The notes under the pieces: model-generated
Database searches by the model: none
What the model was told of the DNA's origin: nothing
The model's input: the letters and a program-made list of their open reading frames with translations, nothing else
Program-made: the position numbers and the translations under genes
Assembly: GCA_024704765.1 (NCBI GenBank)
Contig: JAKMXF010000031.1
Span: 1 to 64,000, forward strand
Source of the DNA: Oopsacas minuta
Taxonomy: Eukaryota; Animalia; Porifera
Direction: 5' to 3'
Length of the DNA: 64,000 bases
Part shown: positions 40,067 through 52,019 of the stretch, piece by piece
Layout of the letters: every line of letters starts with the position of its first letter
How positions within the stretch are numbered: the first letter of the stretch is position 1

Positions 40067-41990
40067 ATGGCAACTCGACACGGAGCGCTTGGTGAATCTG
40101 ATAATAGTGAGGGCGACTTGGCTGATTATACAGAACGCCTCGAGCATTATTATGTAGCTAATTAGATTGAATCGGCAGAAAAGTGAAGAGCTATATTACT
40201 AAGCTGTTGCGGTCCATAGACTTTTCAACTTGTGAAGATCTTGCTTGCTCCAGAAAAACCATACGGCGAGATAGTACAATTGGTAGGCACTCATCTTAAT
40301 CCTAAACCTTCGATAATAGTGCAGAGGATATTTGACTTAGTGAACTTGAATCTTTGGATACTTATATGGCTGAGCTGAAAAGACTTTCAGAAAATTGTGG
40401 ATTTGGCGAAACGCTGCAGGACATGTTACGTGATCGTCTGGTATGTGATATAAAGATGCAGGTGTCCAGAGCAGGTTACTTTCTGAATCTGAGTTTACGT
40501 ATAAGAAGGGATACGACATTCACTGGGTGTGGAATCCGCAGAACGGAACGCGAAGAATCTTCAATCCCAGAAGAAGGAAGAACATCTAACAATGAAAACC
40601 TAGGCTCAGGCCATGCCTTCGTCATGAATTCTTCAGCTCGATAACACACAACCCTACGTGGTCAGAGAGGTTTGTGTTATAGATGAGCTGGAAGGCATCA
40701 ATCGAAGGGCTGCAGTTTTAAAGAGGCGACGTGTTACAATTGTAATATACGGGATCATTTAGCTAAAGTTTGCCAAAGCAAATCGGGGTCAGATTCTACC
40801 AGAGGGTATTTTAAGCTCCGATGATCGGAAAAATGTGAAGCTATAAATGATTTTGTGTAGTAACAAAATGCAAAATGTGAAGTATAAAAAAATGTGTTTG
40901 AACTTTACATGTCAAAGGACATTCAGATTTTGTAACTTTCACTTCAAATGAAGATATCGTTAGGGATGTTCATCGTTGCATTGCACCTGATGTAGATCTT
41001 GCCTCAGTAGCTGATCAATATGATGATATCGTTAAATTTGAGTTTCCAGAAAGAACCTCAAAGAAGGTTTTATGTCATCTTTGTTCAATCAAAACTGGGG
41101 ATTTTTATGAAATTTCTATACTATTAAGTCGCATTTTGGTATGTAAACCTCATTCGGCGGATTGTGAGAGGTTAATTTCTGCTTATAATAAACTTAAAAC
41201 TCAAGAAAGATCTTCTCTATCTCGAAGTACGATCAGTGATTATTTATACGTCATATCAATATGCCTGAATTGAGTAATTTTAATCCAAGACCAGCAGTGT
41301 ATATTGGATTAATGAAGTGGAACATAGAAAAAGAGATTCATTGAAAGCAGGAGATCAAAAATGGTACAAAAATGTACTCGAACATAGTCTAACTGACACA
41401 AATTTAGATACTATCACTTCAGATAGGACCATTAAGAGATTATTCTAGATTTCTTAAACTTGTAGCTGGACATGTTACTATTTTATAGAATAATACATCA
41501 ATAACACGATTCCTATACTACATGGTTAGATAAAAGAGGTGGATAGTATAATTATGGGACCTAATCGCTCGGGGACCTAATTTACTCGTACTATTTTGGA
41601 GATGTGAAGTTATAAAAAATCGTTAAAATAACCCCTGGATTCTACTTATGCGCCTGGCCGCCTGCTCGTCTGAGAAATATTCATAACTTAGGCCATGACA
41701 ATGAAAACGCCAATCACGCGCCTGAATATAGCATTAGATATATAACATTAGAGATCTAGTGTGTAGGCTTAGGTTTAGGGTATCTAACTAACAATGGAAA
41801 TCTATACAGGACCAAATACACTAGACTAAGAACCTATACAGGGGAGACTATCAAAGTTATAGGTGAAATGGAGGTTGAGCTAACGCTAGACAGTCAATAA
41901 GAAAAGCTTTTCCTGGTTAATCGTGGATGGCGATGGACCGAGCCTATTGGGGAGAGACAGGTTAAGGAAACTGAGAATCAATTAGTGTCA
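40067..41990 (+). mobile_element. Decayed Ty3/Gypsy gag + protease remnant, interrupted by a hAT fragment
   Basis: DYTERLEHYY...RAILLSCCGP..FQLVK.LLAP and YMAELKRLSENCGFGETLQDMLRDRLV (gag); LRTYTGETIKVIG...VDGDGPSLLGRD (protease end). Many stops. Confidence 0.82.
40900..41450 (+). mobile_element. hAT C-terminal dimerisation-domain fragment nested in the Gypsy remnant
   Basis: KPHSADCERLISAYNKLKTQERSSLSRSTISDYLYV.INMPELSNFNPRPAV. Confidence 0.75.
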
Positions 41991-42389
41991 ACTGAACCAA
42001 ATTTATTATTAGTCTCATTTACTGAATGTATTTATACAAGTTATACGTTAATTATTCAGGTGTCAAGTGGTGAAATAGAAAGTTTCTGTAATATCGCAAT
42101 ACGTATTATTCTAGAACATTCCTCTCTGCTGCACTGATGACAGGATCATATTAGTTAGTATTTATAATAACTCTTGGATTAGGCTTCAGAGTATTCTTAG
42201 ATTATACCTGTAATTGTAGATTCATAAGATTCCCACTACTGATACATTATACTTTACTATTCCCTTGAATGTTATGTCATCTTCAGTTACCTAACAACCA
42301 TAATACACAAGAGTTATTTAACTCTTCTCACCTGTCAGTCAATTTGTAATTTTGCGGAATGATTATTTAATCCCAGATTTGTACTACCG

Positions 42390-42582
42390 TAATTATGAAT
42401 ATACAAAGAGTGAAATATGATAATTTAATTACTAACAAATATGTAAACACAACAATTGAATTAATATATATCTATTACACTATCAATAAAACTAGTACAA
42501 ATAATATCAAAGTTATTATTAACAACTATTCCTCTAGGATGATTACATTTAATTTTGTGTATCAGCTGTCCATCTTTAGTAA
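42390..42582 (-). pseudogene. 3' end + 3' flank of an NHL gene (paralogous to 4980-5165)
   Basis: The reverse complement aligns with ttactaaagatggacagctgatacacaaaattaaatgtaat...tatttgtt...cactcttt at 4981-5165. Confidence 0.9.
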
Positions 42583-43258
42583 ATGGACAGCTGATACTAG
42601 CTTAGAGAGACCTGCCCTCTCTTGGACAGCATTCATGGGGTTGAGTCTCAGGAGAGGCTGTAGTATTCCCAGTTCTTGTTCGTAGTCCCTCTTTCCCAAT
42701 GACAGAAGCATAGGAACTGTTTTGCATTGCAATCCGACTGCATTACTCACTGACTCTGGTAAACTACTGCTCCACCTCTACCCACGCCTGAAGAGCCTCT
42801 GGAGATGATAACAGGAATTGTGTGTCCTCTCTTTCCACAAATGAGATTGAGGCCTGTAGTCTAGCTAGTCTCCCTTCTGGTGCCTCACACACTCCTAGAG
42901 AAGAGGGGATCTCTTTTGTATCCGGGGACTTAGTTTCCCTAAAGGAACTGACTATCCACCAGAGAGAGGATTTCCCCTTGAGTGATTTCTTGCGGGAGCG
43001 GGACATGTAGAGCTTGGGAGCTCCTGGCACCAATTCTGTCCTCTCAAAGAGGGACTCATCCACTATATGTCAGTTATCAGATATTGTGGTAGCGGTTATT
43101 TACAGTTGTGTTCGCCTAATAGCAATATTGCTCAATTTGTAAGTTACTTTTAGCCCCTAAGTGAGTATTTCTTGTATATTTTGTTCCTCTAATAGCAAGT
43201 TAGCTTATTAGTTACCAAATTCCATTCAAAATGCGACTTCTTATTACTCAAACACCAC
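42583..43258 (-). pseudogene. Liprin-alpha-like fragment (SAM1 region), copy 1
   Basis: Near-duplicate of 51240-51902; MLLSLGKRDYEQELGILQPLLRL resembles liprin SAM1. Confidence 0.7.
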
Positions 43259-43284
43259 TCCTTATTTCAGAGGTAGCATTCTCT

Positions 43285-43405
43285 GGTAGACCTAGAGCTA
43301 CCGCTTTTATAGCATAGCAATCCTCTGTTACTGTTCCTGTAGACTTCAAGTACTTCCAAACTTCTCAAATGCATCCACCTTCACAACCCATATAGTATAT
43401 AGAAT
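43285..43405 (-). pseudogene. Cathepsin-B-like (papain family) fragment
   Basis: MGCEGGCI*EVWKYLKSTGTVTEDCY then, after a frameshift, YKSG...EC. Confidence 0.55.
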
Positions 43406-44558
43406 AAGATATTCACATACTTGCTGATTAGCCTCCCAAGATTCATGGATTATCACAGAATTTTCATACAAATCAAAGGAAGAAATTGATTTTTCCAAAT
43501 AATTGTTTCAAATTGCTATTTAAAGATGGAAACTTGGAAATACCGAAATTTAGCAAAGAGATTATACAAATAGGTTTGCCAGTGATTAACTGTCACATTT
43601 TGCTAGTTTGTATACTGCCTTCATCTCCCTATAATACTTCTGATTTCCTTCTAGAATCCTTAAATTCAACGTCAACATACTAGACGAATGGAAACGATTG
43701 TTGTGCCAGGAGATTAATTATTGTTGTTTGATTTTGGACCATTTCAGGCAGTAACTGGAGTACGTTCCCAATAGATACCAAATTCTCTTTGATCTCTCAA
43801 AAGTTCTAACTTATCATCCTCTTTTGCAATAAGAATAGACTTTGTATCATTAATGTCAATGGACGTTACCAACTATGATGATGTCCTTTCCTACTAACTG
43901 CTGGTACTTCACCATCAAATGGGACTGAAGGACTAATTGGCATTTCACTACTTTCGACCAGGATAAAAGGAAGTGGAGATATTGTATGGGCAATACGATT
44001 TAGTGCTAGAATTCTCATGTTTCACTCATCTACTGAGTCTATTCCCTGTCTCACAGTAGAGACTGTACCTAGTATATTCTTGTTGGCTAGGCCTATGCCC
44101 ACCATAGCTTGTTCCCTCTCCCATCTGCATTTTTCCAACAGCAGCTCCTTCATTACTACGTAGCACTTTTCTATACGGCCCTGCACACAATTTCTCTATC
44201 TCTATCCTGTAGCAATTGGTGTGAAGGATCCAGTGATGAGATAGCTCAGAATCAATAGTTCTGAGCTCTTCGTGCTCTTTGAAGCCATCCAATCCTAAGT
44301 CTGTCTGTACAAACTGGTTAGCAGAGGGAGTGAAGGTAGGATGTTGAATGGAAGAGGAACTAGGTGGATCTTGCAGCTTCTGTACCTTCAATGATGGATA
44401 GTAAGAACTGGTCGGAGCACTACCCGAGGCGCTTGATTTGGGTGTGGTGTAGGGTTGGGAGGGAGACTCGGGAGTATCTGAGTCTGAATATTTGCGTTTA
44501 CGAGTTGATTTGAGACTAGTGTTGCTAGGGGTGGGGGTAACGTCATGTGATGCATTAA

Positions 44559-44645
44559 GTTCTCCTCACACCAGTCTAAAGTAGATGTGGTATAGCCCCA
44601 GTGTCCCTTGATGTGGTATTTATCCGTCCATACATTAGGAGCCAT
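44559..44645 (-). pseudogene. Alkaline ceramidase (ACER3-like) N-terminal fragment
   Basis: MAP...GHWGYTTSTLDWCEEN, the family's N-terminal signature, then an abrupt switch to unrelated Pro-rich sequence. Confidence 0.8.
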
Positions 44646-46429
44646 TATTAGGAATCCTAGATCTAAACAAGGAGATAAAAATAAAAAAATAGTTAATGAA
44701 GGGAATGAAGAACTATAGGTGCTATAGTACACTAGTAAACAAAAATAAAACATAAATAAGATTACATGCAATGTAGAGATGTCAACAAATGAAATGCTAT
44801 AATATATAGGAATTAGTTAGTGATAGAATGCTAAACTAACCAATAAATAAGAATCTGCTGTATTGAACCTGAACCTACGGAGTCCACTAAGTGATGATTA
44901 AAGTAATCTTGTGGTAAGTATAAGTTAATCGGGTCAAAACGGAGCTTCGAAGTTACAAATCAAGAAAACTGTTGAAAGGATTTAATAGACTATAGAGTAT
45001 TAAGAAAAGGAAATAATCTGTGTAAGATAGAAATAATGGAAATAATCAATATACTAATGTTCAGGTACGGGAATTTTTGAGTTGTCTGTGATTATCATAT
45101 TGCTTATACCATTCTTTTTGATGTAATTAGCTTTCTGACCCTCCCCTCCAGTCATGTGTATTTCCTGTATATGTATAGCAGCATATATCATCTCCTGCAT
45201 GTCTAACACCTTATAAAGTTCGGTATGGACTCCTCCTCCTGAAAACATAAACAAAATAATAACGAATATAATTGTAACGAAAATAAACTATACCATCAGC
45301 TGCGCGACAGCTTAGTGCCTCAGGTTAGAAAACAATAAATTCATATATGATTAATCCAAAAGTGTAAAAATCGAATACAGCATATGCGTTATAATTAGAA
45401 CGTCATGATGACGTAATAATTCCATGATAAGTTAGCTTTTGGTCAGAATCATGACATCAGGACATGTGGCACCTTGAGGAGTACCTCTGTTTCAAAAATT
45501 TCAAACTTCTATCAACTATATTTGCTGAGCAGTGTTGAATAATGTGATTTTTGAAAATCAAAAAGGTGACAATTAACTCACAGTTTTGGTCATAGGTCTG
45601 AATTTTCCTTCAAATACTCGAAATGGTCCGAGGCAGGACCAAAGTACCCCCCCTGTATACCAAAAATCAGCCCTCGAGGTTCTCCAGGTTTTTCAATCAA
45701 TTCTGGACATACTAACATATATATGCACACTACCCTGTGTAGCCGTTTAGAGCAAGCCTGTATTTACATTTTGAAATTTGGCCAATTTGTTTACTTTATA
45801 TTCATAAAAACAACAATATGATTTCTCTTCGTAAGATCATCTGTTGTATGTTGCTAATGGTATCAGAAACACAAAGAATATTCCATTATTTCCTAATTAG
45901 TTATGATTTCTAGTCTATTGTGTAAACATTTAGATATTAAGCGTATCAAACAATACAAATACTTTTTCAAGTCAATTGAAGGATAATATTCGTAGAATCA
46001 ATCTAGATACAACATTCATACATTCTAGCAAACCATAAAACATATCTTTGAAATATCAAAATATTGTTACTTAGTAAACCATAACATTAAAATTCAAATC
46101 TTGTATAAGATTAACCTTGCTCAGTTTAGCAGCGCCAAATACTCAATTTGGACGGTAACGACAGATAAAGGTTGAGAAACGCTGGAGGGTTTATCTCACT
46201 ATTTGAATGACCATTTAATAAACAGAACTTACCGCTTCGCTAGTGAAGTGGGTGGGCTGTCACCGGGATGCTTCCGCTTGCGGCAAGCGCGATCCGTTGG
46301 CGGTGGAGGAGGAGGAGGAGTTGGAATCGGGATCTAGTAAAGAAAATAAAATAAAACTCGTCCGTAATAGGATGTATACATTCACACATTCTGGTGTACT
46401 CACTCTTGGTGGTGGAGCAGTAGTTGCTA

Positions 46430-47110
46430 GATAGAACAAAAGTTGTACTCGAAGGGAGTCGCATACCATTCGAGACCTATCTAGTTCCTCCTTCAATACT
46501 TTCTCACATTTTAATAGAGCTTGCTTCTCATCCTCCAGTTGTTTCCTCCTAGTCTCCTCCATTTGAGCATTATTCTCTATTTGCTTCTTCAAATTGTGAT
46601 TAGCTCTAGTGAGTTTCTTGATCTGATCACGTAGATAACTTGTTAGTTTATCATTCTCTACCTGTAACATCTTATATAATATTTCAAACATTGAATAATT
46701 GGAGAACAATTGTACTGGAGTTTCATGCAAATTAATAATTGGAGAAATTCCTATTTACAATTTGTATATTATTCCTATTTAAGTCACATTGAAGTGTCTT
46801 AAACTATTTTAATTATTCTTAGACAATTCGTTAGTGGATTTTGGGAAAATTTTAACGCAGAATATAATGAAGGGATTATCAATGATCAGTAAGATAGATG
46901 AAACTAACTTTCTTAGAATCTTCAATTGGGATAATTTTCTGAGTTTCATCCGTTCTTACCAACGTTCTACTGTTTATGATCTTTGGTTAAGTCAGCTTAT
47001 CCACTCCCTCTTTCTCCTTCTCCTTCTCCTTCTTCTCGAAGAATTCTTTCAATAGCTCTTCTTTCTCACAGTCAATAGCAAGCTTTATTTCGGGCATTTT
47101 CGTTCCTCAC
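46430..47110 (-). pseudogene. Unidentified coiled-coil protein fragment
   Basis: Heptad-like VENDKLTSYLRDQIKKLTRANHNLKKQ...LEDEKQALLKCEKVLKEEL; the upstream part has stops. Confidence 0.4.
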
Positions 47111-48138
47111 GTAGAATGTGTTTTAATTATTCAGGAAAACAAGACAATAGTTCAATAAAAATAGGGAAGAAATAGAAATTAATAAAAATTAGATAATTTT
47201 TAATAAATTATAAATGAGAATTTCCAAACTTATGGGTGTATAAAAATTGAAATTATCATAGATTGTGAATATGCGAAGTATTTGGAAAATTGATATTATC
47301 CATTGGCTATGTACGGTATCGGCTCCTCTAAATGTATCAATTTTTCTTTTCACTTCTTTTATACCTATATTTACCCACATATGATGAAAACTGGAACTTA
47401 TACGTCTTGCCGTTGGTTTGATATTAAACATAGTATTACGATTTGGGAGCATATCTAATTGAAGAGCATTGACGAAATGTCGGAGCATAAAGAAAGAAAT
47501 ATTTCGAATATTAAAATTGAATCAAAGAAATTGTAATGTTCTAAACTTGAATGGATAAAGTTACTAATCATATTTATTACTTTGATTGGTGAGAAGACCG
47601 CTGACAGGCTAATGGCAGTTCAAAGAGAGTTTGAAGTATCTCAAGGATCGGATTTCTTTGGAGTGGAATAATTAAAATTTACAGTGAATAATACAAACTC
47701 TATGAACAACAAATACACATGCAATGTGATTATAACTATCCTATTTTATCATATCGTTTGAAAATGCCAAAAATGGAAAGAAAAATTGATAAACACCCAT
47801 TCAAATGTACAAACCACTGTTTCTCAATATTCTTTGGGCCAAATAGCTCCCTTAAACACTTCCGGTGGGCGAAGAAACGCCCCCAGCGTGAGAAAACTGG
47901 TATAAACCAATAAATACCAAGTTAGAGTATTAAATGATATAATTAGTTCAACAACAGCAGAATCCATAGAAATAACTAATACAAAATAAATAGCAATGAT
48001 TGTATCTATTGTATCAGTACGGAGATTAGAAATATACAATTCAAAATATTACAAAGCTTTAGAGAAATAAGTTTAGTGCAAAATACAAATAATATACAAA
48101 TGAGGGCTGACCTATAGCTATCGGATATTTACATAGTT

Positions 48139-49857
48139 TCAAGCAAAATACACTCCTTTGAGAATCTCATCGTGTATCTGTACTAGTTTAAACAGGTTTA
48201 AAGTTCTCCGCTCATCGTTTGCAAACTCAATACTAATAAAGAGATATATTAATATATTTGCGAGATAATAGTCACCATTAAAATGCATTGGGTATAACAT
48301 TTGTAACACTTTCTCAGAGATGAACCAAGATTTCTCATAAATAATTAGAATAATTCCGAGTTCAACAACTTTATATGAATATGCTAAGGTTGAATATTAT
48401 GAATAACTTACCCATGTTCATCTCTCTCCATCAAATGGTATCTAGCTCTGAAAGCAACTAATGCGCGTAATAAGCAGGAGCTGGAATAGATACAGATCTG
48501 GTACACCCTACATATGTATGAAATAATTGGTAAGTAAGAGATTGTATCTCATCAGCTGTAAAGTTGTTCTCATCCCATAATACGTGGCAATGAGATGGAT
48601 GAGATGTTCTCTATAAGAACAATATTCAATTGAATTATTGGTTGAATATACATTGATCGAAGGTCTAATAGAAACAGTAGGACAGCGGTCCCAAACATTT
48701 TCACCCGTGGACTCATATACCATTTTAACACATGCTGTGGACCTCTTCACAGAAACCACTGAGATCCTGTGGGCCCTTGTTGTCATCTGACCCGCGGCAT
48801 TAAGAATTTCTAGCAATCAAAATCAATAAGATCGCTAAAACATAATCCAACCATATAACTTAATACAAAACTTATATACGTATTACAAAATATGTGTAAA
48901 ATAGCTCCAAAAATAAGAACTTACAAATATTTACATATAACGCTAGTGTATCCATAAATGAAGCAAATTATAATCTACAAATTGCAACTACAGATGCCAT
49001 AAATAATTAATATTACTTTCCTATATACATACCTGAATACCTGAATGACTACACAGATAGAAATCAATTCTGTTGGATGAGTAATACCTACATCTACTGT
49101 AGTACCAGCTGGGATGTTACCAGATTTACCACATTGATCTTCCTCCTCTGAACAGAACAGATGGTGTGGTGTCTCTTCTGGACTGTAACGAATGTAATGC
49201 CAGGCTTGTAGTCAGCTTCTAAGATATTACCAAAGATTCTCTTACGGCTCTCCATTCTTGATTCAATACCTGTGACGTAAATAGACTCATTACATTATAA
49301 CTATCATACCTTCAACCCTCTCAGAATCTTGCAATTCACAAGAAATTTGGGAAAGATTTGCAATTTTCGTACCTGATTCCCCAAATAATCGCCCAAAATG
49401 CTTTTCATGAAGAATTTTGAAAATCCGGGAAATGATTATAGAGGTTGATAAGAATGTAAAATATAAAAGTAGTTGAATTGAATACTGAACATATTTAGTT
49501 TGCATCTTTGGATATCCCAAAAGATATTACAGTCAGTATTCCATCCAGAAATATTGGCAAGGGGGAGAAGTACCTAGGGTCCAATCAAATATTCCATTGT
49601 TATTGTATATAGTATATTCTTATAGTTAAACTGCGATAACAACATAGCATGACTGTACTGACCTGTTGAACTTGTCCTTCACTGACTCCATCCCGAAAGA
49701 ATATAATCCTCTGAGGCTTAAACCTGGCAGATTTGTAGAATTAAATCAATAGATCTCGGACCATAGCAGCTAACTCTGTTATTATCTCTTGTCTGTGTTG
49801 CTGTACAAGGACTGAAGCACTGTAAGGACTAGGATGAGCGTCCATACTTTCAACTAA
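48139..49857 (-). pseudogene. AGO: Argonaute (AGO-clade) PIWI-domain C-terminal half, 4 exons, disabled
   Basis: Exon 49857-49663 [23 protein letters not shown]...[23 protein letters not shown]. Exon ~49270-49033 PGITFVTVQKRHHT.LFC...GKSGNIPAGTTVD.GITHPTE.DFYLCSHSGIQ. Exon ~48612-48410 [15 protein letters not shown]...[24 protein letters not shown]. Last exon ...VQIHDEILKGVYFA*. TAA stop at 49743-49741 plus several 1-nt frameshifts. Confidence 0.95.
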
Positions 49858-49954
49858 CTAACAATACAAGAAAGAGTGTAAATAGCGAATTGAAATGTTA
49901 TAACGGGTATTCGGACTCAGCCACTTCTGACTTGTTGAATATTGGAGAGAATAA

Positions 49955-50316
49955 TACAGGTAGCAGTGGATACCGGTAGTAGTGGATACCGGTAACAATG
50001 GATACTGGTCGCAGTGGATACAGGTAACAGTGGATACAGGTAGCAGTGGATACTGGTAACACTGGATACTGATAGCAGTGGATACAGGTAACAGTGGATA
50101 CTGGTAGCAGTGGATACAGGTAACAGTGGATACTGGTAGCAGTGGATACAGGTAACAATGGAAACAGGTAGCAGTGGATACTGATAGCAGTGGATACAGT
50201 TAACAGTGGATACTGGTAGCAGTGGATACAGGTAACAATGGAAACAGGTAGCAGTGGATACTGGTAACACTGGATACTGATAGCAGTGGATACAGGTAAC
50301 AGTGGATACAGGTACC
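49955..50316. repeat. Minisatellite, 16-bp unit (agtggatac(a/t)ggta(a/g)c), ~22 copies
   Basis: Tandem array read directly from the sequence. Confidence 0.95.
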
Positions 50317-50605
50317 AGGGGCATCTATTGTATGCTAGTTATAAGAACCATGGATATGCACTAATTGAATAATGATGTCCGCCACAATGCTACACATGTT
50401 CTCACCTATACACGATTTGTAAAGACGGAAACTAAGAAAGCAAAGTTAGGGAAAAATACAAATAAAATGTTTGTATTTAGCAAAGTAGTATTCAACAAAT
50501 CACTTCATTTATATATACAAAAGCTAGCAATATAATTTGACAGGGTTAGTCTTATCGCAGTCTTATCGCCCCTCCTAGGGCTAAGGAGTATGGGAGTCGG
50601 GATTC

Positions 50606-51902
50606 TCAGGCTCTTGAAGACATTCTTGGACTCACTGCGTCGCTTTTCCGCCTGAATAGAGCAAAGTTCCTCTTCTTTGCTTTCTTGTCAGAATTCGAAG
50701 AATCCTGTTGAGACATTAAATCGTCAAGTAACGCCTTACGTAGTTTCCTAGCAACCGAATCATTCTGAGGAATTTGTAGAGTACTAACAATTTTATGATA
50801 ATCATATGAGTTATCAAAATATAGGACAGCTCCGTGTGAGACCTCTAAACTCAATGTTACCACTGTAACCACCCAGACCAATGGAATGTAACCATAAGGA
50901 AATCTGTCCATTGGACCTAAGGGTAGATCTGTCCTGTCTGTGAATGATTGTCTCTGCTTGTTTTATAGAATATTCCTCTCATTGTTGTTGGAACTCTTAA
51001 CCATTCCTAAACTAGTCCTTAGTTCCTTCTTGGACAGATGTTCTAGCACCCTTCCGTCTACACAGCATTGTCTAGAAATAATAGGAAGGTAAATAACAAC
51101 AAATACACGTGTTAACTAACGAGTAAATAACAACAAACCTGAAAATATTGCTGTACTGAGTTAGACCTAGTGAAGGCAGCCAATGAGAAGCTATCCATTC
51201 GTGGTTAACAGCCCTGTAGGTGGGGTAGAGACAAGGGGTACTAGCTTAGAGAGACCTGCCCTATCTTGGACAGCATTCATGGGGTTGAGTCTCAGGAGAG
51301 GCTGTAGTATTCCCAGTTCTTGTTCGTAGTCCCTCTTTCCCATTGACAGGAGCATAGGAACTATTTTGCATTGCAAACTGACTGCATCTCCCACTGACTG
51401 CGGTAAACTACTGCTCCACCTCTACCCACGCCTGAAGAGCCCAGGAGACCATACACAGGAATTGTGTGTTCTCTCTTTCCACAAATGAGATTGAGGCCTG
51501 TAGTCTAGCTAGTCACCCTTCTGGCGCCTCACACACACCTACAGAAGAGGGGATCTCTTTTGTATCCGGGGACTTAGTTTCCCTAAAGGAACTGACTATC
51601 CGTCGGATAGAGCATTTCCTCTTGAGTGATTTCTTGCGGAAGCGGGACATGTAGAGCTTGGGAGCTACTGGCTCCAATTCTGTCCTCTCAAAGAGGGACT
51701 CATCCACTATATGTCAGTTATCAGATATTGTGGTAGCGGGTATTTACAGTTGTGTTCGCCTAATAGCAATATTGCTCAATTTGTAAGTTACTTTTAGCCC
51801 CTAAGTGAGTATTTCTTGTATATTTTGTTCCTCTAATAGCAAGTTAGCTTATTAGCTTTCAAATTCCATTCAAAATGCGACTTCTTATTACTCAAACACC
51901 AC
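50606..51902 (-). pseudogene. Liprin-alpha-like triple-SAM C-terminal region, copy 2, disabled
   Basis: SAM1 (KRDYEQELGILQPLLRL), SAM2 (VNHEWIASHWLPSLGLTQYSNIF | QCCVDGRVLEHLSKKELRTSLGMV) and SAM3 (VSHGAVLYFDNSYDYHKIVSTLQIPQNDSVARK). GT-AG intron near 51138-51072; stops and frameshifts present. Confidence 0.85.
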
Positions 51903-52019
51903 AGATAATGCATATTGATTAAACTGTGCTTTATAGTGTATTCAAACAATATACTAAAGTAGTATTACGAATGGAAATATCAAAGAGTTCAAATGTTCAT
52001 TGAAATTTTTGTGATCGGG

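Noticed and set aside
44026-44391. Tyrosine-kinase N-lobe
   Set aside because: Only vague resemblance; no GxGxxG, VAVK, HRD or DFG.
47189-48039. Two possible further gene fragments (47189-47488; hydrophobic 47824-48039)
   Set aside because: No recognisable motif; cannot be told apart from AT-rich spurious ORFs without a search.
49955-50316. CRISPR-like array or Cys/His-rich protein (ORFs 49898-50158, 49917-50324)
   Set aside because: Contiguous 16-bp tandem units with no unique spacers in a eukaryotic context; the ORFs are repeat by-products.
51361-51480. Protein-kinase Gly-rich loop (GSSGVGRGGAVVYR)
   Set aside because: This is an off-frame reading of the liprin SAM1 region; no downstream kinase motifs.
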